Of a DNA stretch of 64,000 bases, positions 18,255-28,608 are shown piece by piece. The number at the start of each line of letters is the position of its first letter. Within the stretch, counting starts at the first letter, position 1. This DNA is from Bdellovibrionota bacterium (lineage in GTDB: Bacteria; Bdellovibrionota_C; UBA2361; JAAYZI01), in contig JBMNIF010000002.1 of NCBI GenBank assembly GCA_050950765.1, positions 160,001 to 224,000 of the forward strand, read 5' to 3'. The position numbers and the translations under genes were made by a program. The notes below the pieces were generated by a model. The model saw only the letters and a list, made by a program, of their open reading frames with translations, made no database searches and had not been told where the DNA came from.

Positions 18255-20318
18255 ATGAATTTTTCCAAAAAATCAATCGCTATTTTATGTATTATCTTCT
18301 CTTTATTTATCGCTACTCTAACGACATTAAATGGCTTAAATCAATTAGTATTATTTGCCGGACTAGTATTATTACCTGCAAGTTTTTTCTTTCCATATCA
18401 GAGCTTAATTGTTCTCTTTGTTTGCCTACCTATTTTCGGCAACAGACCAGCCTCGCTGCAAGCCTTGAGTTTAATGTATATTAGCACCATTTTCTTAGCT
18501 GGAAGTATCTCTAATTTATCGTTTATTAAGCGTCCCGCCTCTGATGCAAATGGAGATTCACTATACCTAAAAAAAGCATCTAATTTTAGCACCAATAAAG
18601 TGATCTTTCTTATGTTTCTTTTCTTTTTAGCCAGTGTTTTATCTATTTCTGGCTTGCCAATAGTTGACTGTGTTAGAAATCTTCCAAATTACATTGTCTT
18701 AAATAGTTGGAGTGAATTCATTCAATCACTCTCAAAGTTGTTAGTTGTTGATGAGCTACAGGTGTTTTATCCATTTGTAGCAGTTATCAATACATTGCTA
18801 GCTTTGTTGATCGCAAATGTCACTTATCAATTGGTTTTGTTTTCAAAGGATAAAGGGCTTTTTCTTTTGATTGCCCTTTTTATTGGGCTACTTTCTTCCT
18901 TTGTCTTCGGGCTTTTAGATTATTACAATGTCATTGATTTAAGATTTTTAAGAGACCTTGATCCTGTTGTAAATGCTGGAAACCATCAGTTTAGAATCCA
19001 ATCTTTCTTTGCCCATTCTGGATGGTATGCAGAATATATTACGACTCTGATCCCACTGGTGATACTTCTTTTGTTGTTGCCGATTAGATATGCACTTAAA
19101 GTTGGGCTTTCGTTAATCGTGATGGTTTTAGGGGAGTTCATCTTAATTCTAACTTATCAAAGGGGAGGCTGGCTTTCATATCCGTTAACACTATTTAGCG
19201 TCTGGACAGCGATTTATCTTTTTAGAATTTACGAGACGGGCAATAAAGCTGATTTCTTAAAATTATTTAGAAGCTCTTTTTTTAAAATTGTTCTTTCAAT
19301 TCCGATCACAATAATTTTAAGTATCTCTTTAATCAATATTATGTCTGGCGAAGAACACTTAATTTCTAAATATACACAACGTTTTTCCGATATTTCACGT
19401 ACCAATGATAGAACTGAATTTATAAAAGCTGGCATTCAGATTGGCTTGTTACATCCATTTATCGGCGGAGGAGCTGAATCTTTTGGCTATCAATATGAGA
19501 GGGAGATTGCCGCTGAAAGTGGAAGGTTGTATGGGCAATATGATTTACCTTTACATGGATCTGCACACAATTTTTATGTGCAAACTTTTTCTGGTAAAGG
19601 ACTACTTGGATTGTTTTTACTTTTAGCTTTAATTTTTTCAAGTATCAAGGATTCTGTAAAGCTTTTACAATCACAACAGATCACTAACAATTCTTCACGT
19701 GCAATTTTATTGATTAACATCTCTTTTCTAATCGCTGTTTTGATCTACTCGAATGTTCAGGAGTTTTTCTACATTCAAATACTTCAGATAATATTTTTTA
19801 GTATGCTGGCTATTTATGGAGCAAATTTCCAAGATATATTGCCCAAACCAAACTATAAATTTTATAAAACAATCTTTTGCTTATGTGTGTTAGCTCATAT
19901 AACGTGGGAATATATCTATCCAGCTAATAACAGTAACTTTATAAATCCAGAATATGGCTGTTTTAATGCTGAAGTTTCTCCAACAGGAACGCCGTTTAAG
20001 TGGTGTTCTAGAAATTCATCCATTCACTTACCAGTGCAATATGAAGATGGAGAGCCTTATGTAAATTTGAATATTAAAACGATGTACTTTAACTCAAAGT
20101 CAGCCACGCTAAGTCTAATAGTAAATGGGGAGGTCGTACGACAGCAGGAGCTGAAGGAAGCTGCAACGTATCAAGAGAAAATTGCAATACCAAATTCAAT
20201 GGTTCGTGCTGAAAAACACCTTTTAGTTACGCTAAAAACAGATGGCTATTTTATCCCGTCGCAAGTTTTTCCTAACAGCAACGATAACCGTATCTTAGCA
20301 ATTCAGGTTATGCTTTAA
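18255..20318 (+). CDS. O-antigen ligase (WaaL/Wzy_C) family membrane protein with a soluble C-terminal domain
   Basis: Many TM segments; LILTYQRGGW, HPFIGGG and SAHNFYVQ motifs typical of Wzy_C; visibly more AT-rich than its neighbours. Confidence 0.85.
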   Translation: MNFSKKSIAILCIIFSLFIATLTTLNGLNQLVLFAGLVLLPASFFFPYQSLIVLFVCLPIFGNRPASLQALSLMYISTIFLAGSISNLSFIKRPASDANGDSLYLKKASNFSTNKVIFLMFLFFLASVLSISGLPIVDCVRNLPNYIVLNSWSEFIQSLSKLLVVDELQVFYPFVAVINTLLALLIANVTYQLVLFSKDKGLFLLIALFIGLLSSFVFGLLDYYNVIDLRFLRDLDPVVNAGNHQFRIQSFFAHSGWYAEYITTLIPLVILLLLLPIRYALKVGLSLIVMVLGEFILILTYQRGGWLSYPLTLFSVWTAIYLFRIYETGNKADFLKLFRSSFFKIVLSIPITIILSISLINIMSGEEHLISKYTQRFSDISRTNDRTEFIKAGIQIGLLHPFIGGGAESFGYQYEREIAAESGRLYGQYDLPLHGSAHNFYVQTFSGKGLLGLFLLLALIFSSIKDSVKLLQSQQITNNSSRAILLINISFLIAVLIYSNVQEFFYIQILQIIFFSMLAIYGANFQDILPKPNYKFYKTIFCLCVLAHITWEYIYPANNSNFINPEYGCFNAEVSPTGTPFKWCSRNSSIHLPVQYEDGEPYVNLNIKTMYFNSKSATLSLIVNGEVVRQQELKEAATYQEKIAIPNSMVRAEKHLLVTLKTDGYFIPSQVFPNSNDNRILAIQVML

Positions 20319-20547
20319 TAAATGATAAAAAGTTATCTAAGATACCTCCTCGTGATATCTTAAAAAAGCTGCTCTGTATATCAGGATTAAAGCTGAATTT
20401 AATACCCCCCCCCTCCAGCTAGAAATCATTCTAAAAGAAACACAAGTATCGACTTTAACGCAGCTACTGACTTCACCTTATATCTTTTTAGCAGCGCTTG
20501 TGTTGTATGCTTCGAAGCTACGCTCGGCAAGCAGCGATCGTCTATCT

Positions 20548-21270
20548 TTATTTTTTACGCATATCGTTGATATCTGTGCCCTTCGGGAAATCAGGCTTAA
20601 AGATATCATCTGAAATTTTCGGTTGGAGTTCTATATTTTCTAAAAGGATCGAGGTTCTATTTCCACCAACATGACTAATCTCAGCGCCACGCGGAAAATC
20701 CAACGCTGTATCAATCAGCAAAGAGAAACCCGCCAACTCCTCTTTCGCTTCATGACCCGCAACCTGTTTTAATTTTAGAACAACACCATTTGAGCTACGA
20801 CAAGACGCTTGTAAAGTAAAATCTTTTCTTAAGTCCCCCACTCCAACAAGAAAGGCAACGGGAAGGTCTGTCAAAACGACCTCCTCAAAGTTTTGAATAA
20901 GCACCTGTTGATCCAAAGGTTGATAATACCACAACGTCTTATCATTCATTAAGAAAGATTGCTCCTCAGGCACCTCATATTGCCACTTCATTTTAGCGGG
21001 TTTTGCCAACCAAACCTGCCCCGAACTACCCTCAGAGGTATCAACCGCTGCAAGGTAAGAAGACTGTATAAAATTGGCGTGCAATGCAGTTATGTTACTG
21101 TATTTCTTTTGCACCCGATCTATTAACTCCTGCGCTTCTTTATTAGAGACCTGCTCCGTGCACTCAAAAGAACGCATCTGTTGTTGTGCAGAAGCGATCT
21201 CTGTTACTAAAAAAGTGCCTAAGATAGATCCGAACACTAAAAACTTTATGATTATATTATTTCTCTGCAT
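20548..21270 (-). CDS. lolA: outer-membrane lipoprotein carrier protein
   Basis: Signal peptide; A.F.Q, SSGQVWLAKPAKMKWQYEVP, LWYYQPLDQQV and F.P..PKGTDI patterns. Confidence 0.88.
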   Translation of the reverse strand: MQRNNIIIKFLVFGSILGTFLVTEIASAQQQMRSFECTEQVSNKEAQELIDRVQKKYSNITALHANFIQSSYLAAVDTSEGSSGQVWLAKPAKMKWQYEVPEEQSFLMNDKTLWYYQPLDQQVLIQNFEEVVLTDLPVAFLVGVGDLRKDFTLQASCRSSNGVVLKLKQVAGHEAKEELAGFSLLIDTALDFPRGAEISHVGGNRTSILLENIELQPKISDDIFKPDFPKGTDINDMRKK

Positions 21271-21610
21271 AAGGGGCAGAATAAGATAAAACTATATTAA
21301 GCGCAAATTATAAAACTACTGGATTAGGAGCGTAACTCGGACGCAGAGGAGAGAAAGCAAAGAGCTTCAAAACTTACTTAAAAGATAATAAAAAGGTAGG
21401 TGATTCAGTCTACTAAGGGGGGGAAAGATTTTAGTGCCACCAACAAAAAAAGCGCTAAAATTTTACCGAATTCTTAATAAGTACCTAATTGAGAGGCTGC
21501 CTCTTAGTTGCCTAAAATCCACCTTTTTTGTAGCGTACGGTTAGGGTGGTGCGTTTTATCGTTTTATAATAAGTCGCACGAAAAAACTCCCCCTTCGCAA
21601 CGTACTTACT

Positions 21611-22954
21611 ATGAACTTTAATCCAAACACATTTTCTGAATTTAGATTTATTTCAGCAACCTTTGACGATGTCACGAGAACGGCTAAATTACTTTATGCT
21701 TTAGACGATAAGTTTACCTTTTCTGAAACATACACCTTTCCAGAGCCATTTAATCCGACTTGGAAGATCGATCACGAAGCTCTGCAGATAGCTTTAAACC
21801 TTCTACACCTAGCTGCCGGTGTTAGTTATTTTAAAAGTGCTCTTCCTCCCCAAATAGTCCTAGAAAATCAAACCCTCTCTCAAGAGAGCGCTGCCTTCTT
21901 TAACACCCTTTATCTAAACGGGCTCGGCGAGTTTGCTTACCGAAACTCCATCTCATTAAAAGATCGCATCTCCTTTCCGTTTTCTAATGAAGTGACAGAC
22001 CCACGTACAGACTTACAACTACCCGTACTTACCGCTGTGCCGTTAGGCGGCGGAAAAGACTCCTTAGTAACTTTGGAAGCTTTGCTTGCAGCCTCTGAAA
22101 AGATTACCCCCATTGCAATAGGCGACTACCTTCCGATCAATGCCGTAGCCAAGTGTCGTAATTTAGACCTGCCTCTCATACACCGTCAGATCGATCCGTT
22201 ACTTATTGAACTGAACAAAGCGGGCGCTTACAACGGTCACGTTCCGATCTCAGCTATTATCGTCTTCACCCTTACCGCAGCTGCTATCATCTGCGGATAT
22301 AACACTATTGCGATCTCTCAAGAAAGATCAGCAAACGAACCGAATCTTCAGATAAGCGGTGTAGATATTAATCACCAATACAGTAAAAGTTTCGACTTTG
22401 AGCTATCTTTACAAACCTTACTTAAACGACAGATCCCGAATCTAAACTATTTCTCCTTCCTGCGTCCCTTATCAGAACTTGGGATCTGCAAACTTTTTGC
22501 AGAAAAGTGTCAGGTCTACTTTGATTCATTTAGTAGCTGCAATCGTTCCTTTAGTAGCACCAACCCGCTAGACGGTACTCGCTGGTGTTGTAACTGTCCA
22601 AAGTGTAGATTTATCTTTTTAGCGCTCGCTCCATTTTTAGATAAAGAGCGTATAATCTCTATCTTCGGGAAAAATCTTTTAAATGATGCCGCACAAGAGA
22701 CAGGGTATCGTGAACTATTGGGGCTTACAGGTAATAAACCTTTTGAATGCGTGGGAGAGATTAAAGAATCTCGTGCAGCTTTTTCATTACTCGCCGCACA
22801 ACGTGCTTGGCAAAACGATGCGTTGATACAGATCTTTTCCACTGAATATGCTGATCAACTTTCGCAGTGGCACGCTGCAACGGAAAGCATCTTAACGCCT
22901 TCTACAATTCACGCCATGCCACCCCATTTTAAGGATATTTTAGATGCATTTTAA
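21611..22954 (+). CDS. murL: UDP-MurNAc-L-Ala-L-Glu epimerase
   Basis: LHLAAGVSYFK, GLGEFAYRN, GGGKDS, NGHVPIS, NHQYSKS, WCCNCPKC and KPFECVG motifs; overlaps a murD-like gene as in the known MurL/MurD2 pair. Confidence 0.88.
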   Translation: MNFNPNTFSEFRFISATFDDVTRTAKLLYALDDKFTFSETYTFPEPFNPTWKIDHEALQIALNLLHLAAGVSYFKSALPPQIVLENQTLSQESAAFFNTLYLNGLGEFAYRNSISLKDRISFPFSNEVTDPRTDLQLPVLTAVPLGGGKDSLVTLEALLAASEKITPIAIGDYLPINAVAKCRNLDLPLIHRQIDPLLIELNKAGAYNGHVPISAIIVFTLTAAAIICGYNTIAISQERSANEPNLQISGVDINHQYSKSFDFELSLQTLLKRQIPNLNYFSFLRPLSELGICKLFAEKCQVYFDSFSSCNRSFSSTNPLDGTRWCCNCPKCRFIFLALAPFLDKERIISIFGKNLLNDAAQETGYRELLGLTGNKPFECVGEIKESRAAFSLLAAQRAWQNDALIQIFSTEYADQLSQWHAATESILTPSTIHAMPPHFKDILDAF

Positions 22955-24287
22955 AGATTTAATCGGTAAGAAAGTAGCAGTGTGGGGAGTTGGAAGAGAA
23001 GGTAGCGCTTTTATCAACCTATGGAGAGCACGTTGCCCTCACATGACGCTTAGTGTCTTAGACGAAAAGCCATCAGATCAAAGTCGCCTCTTAGCAACAC
23101 AAGAAGATCTCTGTTACTTTTCAGAAGCAGGTGCTTTAAATGCCATAAAAACGTTTGATGTTGTGGTACGCTCTCCTGGAATAAGTCGTTATAGAGAGGA
23201 AATTTTAGAAGCAAAACGTTTAGGAGTACAATTTACTTCATTGGCAGACCTCTGGTTTTCAGAGAACACTACGACAGATATCGTCGCCATTACCGGTACA
23301 AAAGGGAAAAGCACAACATCATCCTTAACGGCACACCTATTAAAATCGTTAGGAGTAAATACAACTCTAGCTGGTAATATCGGCACCCCCCTCTTTGAAG
23401 ATCCTGAACAGGTCACCACACAATCAACTTGGGTGATAGAGCTCTCCAGTTATCAAGCATCTGATATAGAGACAAGCATCCCTTTAGCAACTCTTTTAAA
23501 TCTCTATCCTGAACATTGTGATTGGCATGGTAGCGTTGAACAATATTACCAAGATAAGTTAAATATCTTTAAACACCAATCTGATAACTCTCGTTCCATT
23601 ATCAACGGTCAAGATCCGAACACGCTTCGTTATCTTAACTTTTTTAAAAACAGAAGATACTTCAATACAAAAGAAACTATTCACTGCCAAGACGATTATA
23701 TTTATAACGGAGATCAGCTCTTATTTCCACGCACCATCTCACCACTCTTAGGTACGCATAACTCCCTTAACATCTGCGCCGCCCTAACGATCTTATCCGC
23801 ACTCGGTCACGAACCAAGCACGGCAGCTGACGGTTTAAAAAACTTTAACGGCTTAATGCACCGTTTACAGATGATCGGATCTGATAAAAAACTAACTTAC
23901 ATCGATGATAGCATCTCAACAATTCCACAAACTGCCTTAGCTGCTTTAGCCGCGCTTTCATCTCAACGGGTAACGATCTTACTCGGTGGTCAAAAGCGTG
24001 CTCAAGATTGGGAGCTTTTTGCGAAGTCCCTTCATAAGACCCCCCCCTTTGCTGCTATTACAATGCCGGACAACGGCTCTGAAATAGCGGCTGCACTCAG
24101 GCAATACGCCCCCCAAAATATACTCATAAAAGAAGTTGCGGATCTTAAAGAGGGGGTACAGACAGCACAAAAAATAACCCCCTCCGGCGGTATCGTATTA
24201 TTATCTCCTGCCTCCCCCAGTTACGGACACTTTAAAAACTTTGAAGAGCGCGGCGATCTATTTAAACAATTTGCCGGATTAAAATAA
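22944..24287 (+). CDS. murD2: Mur ligase, probable UDP-MurNAc-L-Ala:L-Glu ligase (MurD2)
   Basis: VRSPGIS, ITGTKGKSTT, GNIG, ELSSYQ, LNLYPEHCDWH, DDSIST and LLSPASPS MurD motifs; overlaps murL by 11 bp. Confidence 0.85.
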   Translation: MHFKDLIGKKVAVWGVGREGSAFINLWRARCPHMTLSVLDEKPSDQSRLLATQEDLCYFSEAGALNAIKTFDVVVRSPGISRYREEILEAKRLGVQFTSLADLWFSENTTTDIVAITGTKGKSTTSSLTAHLLKSLGVNTTLAGNIGTPLFEDPEQVTTQSTWVIELSSYQASDIETSIPLATLLNLYPEHCDWHGSVEQYYQDKLNIFKHQSDNSRSIINGQDPNTLRYLNFFKNRRYFNTKETIHCQDDYIYNGDQLLFPRTISPLLGTHNSLNICAALTILSALGHEPSTAADGLKNFNGLMHRLQMIGSDKKLTYIDDSISTIPQTALAALAALSSQRVTILLGGQKRAQDWELFAKSLHKTPPFAAITMPDNGSEIAAALRQYAPQNILIKEVADLKEGVQTAQKITPSGGIVLLSPASPSYGHFKNFEERGDLFKQFAGLK

Positions 24288-24295
24288 TTGCCACA

Positions 24296-25330
24296 CCCAA
24301 ATTTTTTACCCCCGTCCAGATCTAGCTGACTCGTTTTTCAGTTGCAGCCCGTTCGATCGTCCCTAGAGGGTGGCTAAGCCACCAAAGCGGCAAAACTGGT
24401 GGGTGGCACCAGATCCATCCAGTCGCTTAAGCCGTCAAAGCGGCAAAACTGAAGGGTGGCACCAAAATTTAACCCTCGTGAAAACCTAACCAACTTGCTT
24501 TTTAATATCAGCCCGCTCAAGCGTCCCTAGCGGGTGGTGGTAAATTCACCCCGTACAGATCTAACCGATTCTATTTTCAGTTGCAGCCCGTTCGATCGTC
24601 CCTGGTGGGCGGCACCAAATTCGCCGACCCAAATCCGCCAGATCTCGTCTTACTGGCGGGTGGCACCAAATTCATCCAGTCGCCTAAGCCGCCAAAGCGG
24701 CAAAAAAGAAGGGTGGCACCAAATTCGCCGAATCCTAACTTTTGCTAACATCCTGATTTTATTAAAAGAGCAATTAGGACACCCACTTTTTACTGAAGGG
24801 TGGCACCAGATCCAAAGCCTAGCCAAATCCAACAGATCCCGTCTTGCTGGTGGGTGGCACCAAATTCATCCAGTCGCCTAAGCCGTCAAAGCGGCAAAAA
24901 AGAAGGGTGGCACCAAATTCGCCGAATCCTAACTTTTGCTAACATCCTGATTTTATTAAAAGAGCAATTAGGACACCCACTTTTTACTGAAGGGTGGCAC
25001 CAGATCCAAAGCCTAGCCAAATCCGCCAGATCTCGTCTTACTGCTGGGTGGCACCAAATTCATCCAGTCGCCCAAGCCGTCAAAGCGGCAAAAAAAGAAG
25101 GGTGGCACCAAATTTTTAACCTCCGTAGAAACCTAACCGATTCGCTTTGTAGTTGCAGCCCGTTCGATCGTCCCTGAAGGGTGGCACCAAAATTTAACCC
25201 TCGTGAAAACCTAACCAACTTGCTTTTTAATATCAGCCCGCTCAAGCGTCCCTAGCGGGTGGTGGTAAATTCACCCCGTCCAGATCTAGCTGACTTGTTT
25301 TGCAGTTGCAGCCCGTTCTGATCTCCCTGT
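24296..25330 (-). repeat. array 4 of the repeat family, inverted orientation: 11 perfect GGGTGGCACC cores plus 4 variants, with higher-order repeats
   Basis: Cores at 24401, 24454, 24658, 24711, 24798, 24852, 24905, 24992, 25046, 25100 and 25179. 194-bp higher-order period (24711/24905). Block near 24451-24553 recurs near 25176-25278. Confidence 0.97.
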
Positions 25331-25360
25331 CAGCACTACGCTTAATACCGTAATATTATA

Positions 25361-27925
25361 TTATGCAAGGTCTCTGGATGTGATTAATATCTCTCGCGGC
25401 TTTCCGCCATCCATAGGTCCGACTACACCTTCCCTCTCCATTGTATCAATAATGCGTGCAGCTCTGTTGTACCCCACGCGAAAAGCTCTTTGCAGCATTG
25501 AGGCTGAGGCCTGCCCTTTTTCTATCACAAGTTGCACAGCACGGTCGTATAACGGATCAAACTCTGAATCTTCTTCCTCATTAGAATCTTTATTGTTGTC
25601 TTCTTCTAAAGCTTTTTTACACAACTCCAAGATCTCAGGATCGTATTGCGGCCTTAACGTCTTACTAACCTCAGCCACTACCCGCTGCACCTCCATATCA
25701 TCAACATAAGCACCATGAACACGCTTAATATGATCCCAACCTGGTAGTTGCACCAACATATCACCACGCCCAAGTAAACGTTCAGCACCACCTGTTGTTA
25801 AAATAGTACGTGAATCGATGGCACTTGAAACTCTAAAAGAAAGACGTGCGGGGAAATTAGCCTTAATCAATCCAGTGATAACATCAACGGAGGGACGTTG
25901 CGTTGCTACAATTAAATGAATTCCAGCAGCTCTAGCTTTTTGTGCCAAACGCGTTATCAGATCTTCAATATCTCGCCCCACAGTCAACATTAAATCTGCC
26001 AACTCATCAATCACGATAACGATCTTAGGTAACGGTGTAATCTTTTCCGGAGCAAAAGCCGTTGTTTCCTCATCTTCAGAAAGAGGAACATTCCCCTCAT
26101 CTATCAACTGATCTTCACTCAACATCACGACAGGCCCCTTAGTGCTCTCATCTTCAAAGATGACACTCTCCTCCCCTTTAGCGATCTTATTATAACCGTC
26201 AATACTCCTAACCTTAAAACGACGCATTAAACGGTAGCGGCGATTCATCTCATCTACCGCCCACTCCAAAACAGCCTTAGCCTGTTTTGGGACAGTCACA
26301 ACAGGCACCATTAAGTGTGGAATGCCCTCATAAACACTCAACTCTAAGATCTTCGGATCGATCAAGATCAACCCTAACTCCGCTGGACTAGCACGATATA
26401 AAAAGCTAACTAAAAAAGAGTTTATGCAAACAGATTTACCAGTACCAGTAGCACCCGCCACCAAGAGGTGCGGCATCTTCGCTATATCTGCCACAACAGG
26501 TTGCCCGTAAGTATCCTCTCCAAGAGGAACAGTCAGTATTGAATCAGCGTTAATGAAAGCATCGCTTTCCAGAACATCACGCAACATTACCAACTCTCTG
26601 TGTCGATTCGGAACCTCAATTCCGACCGTGCCTTTCTTTGGAATCGGCGCCACAATCCTTATCGAACTAGCCTTTAAACTCATCGCCAGATCATCTTGCA
26701 GATTAGTAATGCGACTAACCTTAACACCGGCAGCAGGCTCAAATTCAAAAAGGGTAATAACTGGTCCTGGATGAACCTCTGTAACATTTCCTTCAATCCC
26801 GAAATCTTGAAGCTTCTCCTCAATTAAACGAGATTTCGCTATTAGCTCTTCACTATTTTCAGCCTCAGGTGAAGGCTTAGCTTCTGCTAATAAAGATAGC
26901 GCAGGTGGCGTATAATGAAACAACCCGTGCGCCACATTCTCATCTTTTGCAAAACGTTGTCGGATCCGTTTTTCAGGAACGGTAGGTCTTTGCCGTCTAT
27001 TAACAAGCACATCTCGCCTGCCCCGCTCTTTCCCCTCAACCACTACTTCATCTTCTTCACTAGATCTTCTGCGCTTATTTTTTGAAAGGGGAGTCACTTT
27101 TTTGGGAAAATCTCCCATCACAAATTTACCGTTAGCAACCTCCTCCACATCATCATACTCTTCGTAATACTCATCATCATCATCGTTCGAATAATATCTA
27201 TCTGATGGAGCTGTAATAAAATTAGAAACCCAACCACCAACGGCGCTTCCTCCTTTAGCTACAACGTGTGCAGATTTAGTAGTTCCCCAGAACAACCCTT
27301 TTATCCCTTCTCTAGCACCTTTAAACCCACCGATACAGATCGCCTTTAAAAGGTGATAGACACTCATCTGACACGCTAAAGAAAGGAAAAGAATCAATAG
27401 ACAGATAGAAAGCATGGCGGTGCCCACTGTTCCGAAATAACGGGTTAAAACAGTGGCGATCCCTGCTCCGATACGCCCCCCTGCTGCCGCCCCTCCAAAA
27501 AGAGCTACCGTTACACAAGCAGAAACACACGTTCCGATTACGCCCACGATACGGGTCGTCTTATAAATTCCAACAGCATCCTCCGTATCTTTACGAAATA
27601 AATAGATAGCGATTAGAAACCAGATCGGGATAGTTAAAGAGCACCACCCCATAAAATCGAGCAAAACAGAACCGACAACATTACCAACGGGGCCCATCAC
27701 ATTGATGGCATCATCTCCCGTGATCTTAAATTTTTCAGAGAGGATACTACAACAAACAAAGAGCGCAGAGATCGCACAAAGCACCACACCTAATTCTCTA
27801 AACCAACTTCCCCCGATAGATACCTTATCAGAGTCAGAACGGGGACGTGGAAGTTCACGAATCTCACCTTTTTTCGATCTTTTTCGGGGTTCTGCCCGGC
27901 GTTTTTTCTTACTTGCTCCCGCCAT
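25361..27925 (-). CDS. ftsK: DNA translocase FtsK
   Basis: N-terminal TM domain, GPVITLFE, PHLLVAGATGTGKS, IDELADLM, ATQRPSVDVITG and gamma domain LQRAFRVGYNRAAR. Confidence 0.97.
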   Translation of the reverse strand: MAGASKKKRRAEPRKRSKKGEIRELPRPRSDSDKVSIGGSWFRELGVVLCAISALFVCCSILSEKFKITGDDAINVMGPVGNVVGSVLLDFMGWCSLTIPIWFLIAIYLFRKDTEDAVGIYKTTRIVGVIGTCVSACVTVALFGGAAAGGRIGAGIATVLTRYFGTVGTAMLSICLLILFLSLACQMSVYHLLKAICIGGFKGAREGIKGLFWGTTKSAHVVAKGGSAVGGWVSNFITAPSDRYYSNDDDDEYYEEYDDVEEVANGKFVMGDFPKKVTPLSKNKRRRSSEEDEVVVEGKERGRRDVLVNRRQRPTVPEKRIRQRFAKDENVAHGLFHYTPPALSLLAEAKPSPEAENSEELIAKSRLIEEKLQDFGIEGNVTEVHPGPVITLFEFEPAAGVKVSRITNLQDDLAMSLKASSIRIVAPIPKKGTVGIEVPNRHRELVMLRDVLESDAFINADSILTVPLGEDTYGQPVVADIAKMPHLLVAGATGTGKSVCINSFLVSFLYRASPAELGLILIDPKILELSVYEGIPHLMVPVVTVPKQAKAVLEWAVDEMNRRYRLMRRFKVRSIDGYNKIAKGEESVIFEDESTKGPVVMLSEDQLIDEGNVPLSEDEETTAFAPEKITPLPKIVIVIDELADLMLTVGRDIEDLITRLAQKARAAGIHLIVATQRPSVDVITGLIKANFPARLSFRVSSAIDSRTILTTGGAERLLGRGDMLVQLPGWDHIKRVHGAYVDDMEVQRVVAEVSKTLRPQYDPEILELCKKALEEDNNKDSNEEEDSEFDPLYDRAVQLVIEKGQASASMLQRAFRVGYNRAARIIDTMEREGVVGPMDGGKPREILITSRDLA

Positions 27926-28608
27926 ACAACTTACAACCAAATAACCAGATGGAATATCACTGGCACAAAATCTCCAAGATCGCTCGCACTATATTTAATA
28001 CTTAAAATACAGGAAAACTCATCCAGCATTAAAGACCATCTGTTAGGATAGCTTCAATATACAGCGAGCGTATCCAAGCTTATCACCCTCCATAAAGAGC
28101 ATAAGCAACCTAAAATTTTAAGAACAACCTTAATTAATAACAGAAATCATCATAAACAAGCCCCACGGATTAGGGAACTGTGAAAATATAAATTGGATAA
28201 AATAAAACGCTTTTTTACAAACACCGCAAGGATAAGGGTCTTACTTATCAATACGATAGCCGATTAGCGCGCTCTACATCCTAGCCCAGACCTCCCCCCT
28301 CCTTTACGTATGTTAAGAGGTAATATCTTTCATGCAATGAGACGTAACTCCTTTCTCCTTCTTTCTTTTCTCTCGATATTTTATTGTCCAATCAGGGGGG
28401 CTTTTGTTTTCTTTTTTATACCTAAATACGTATGCCAAGACACCGAGAAAGCCAGCCCCTTTTATCGTTAATTTTTAAAAAATTTCTATCGGTTATAACA
28501 ATATTGCTACTTTATAGTTACGTAAATCACAGAAGAGTTTGAGTTCTAAAATCCATCAGCTATTCATCAGCTACTTTTACTTTTCGACTCTTTTAAGTTT
28601 CTTTTCAG

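Noticed and set aside
20509..20532. REP-like fragment GCTTCGAAGCTACGCTCGGCAAG between convergent genes
   Set aside because: Single short copy with no partner in the window; insufficient support.
24714..24729. sigma54-like TGGCACCAAATTCGC formed at core/module-C junctions (also 17872-17887, 24908-24923, 50475-50490)
   Set aside because: TGGCAC comes from the core itself, the -12 TTGC is imperfect, and the IHF site lies downstream rather than upstream, so a promoter is not supported.
24846..24853. E. coli Chi octamer GCTGGTGG inside array 4; core as a DNA-uptake or KOPS motif
   Set aside because: Only one Chi copy seen, and Chi is lineage-specific. I saw the core only in intergenic clusters, unlike uptake or KOPS motifs, which are spread through genes.
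27941..28608. Long intergenic region as a possible ncRNA or pseudogene
   Set aside because: No tRNA, tmRNA, RNase P or 6S hallmarks or recognisable protein fragment found by eye; an Rfam scan would be needed.
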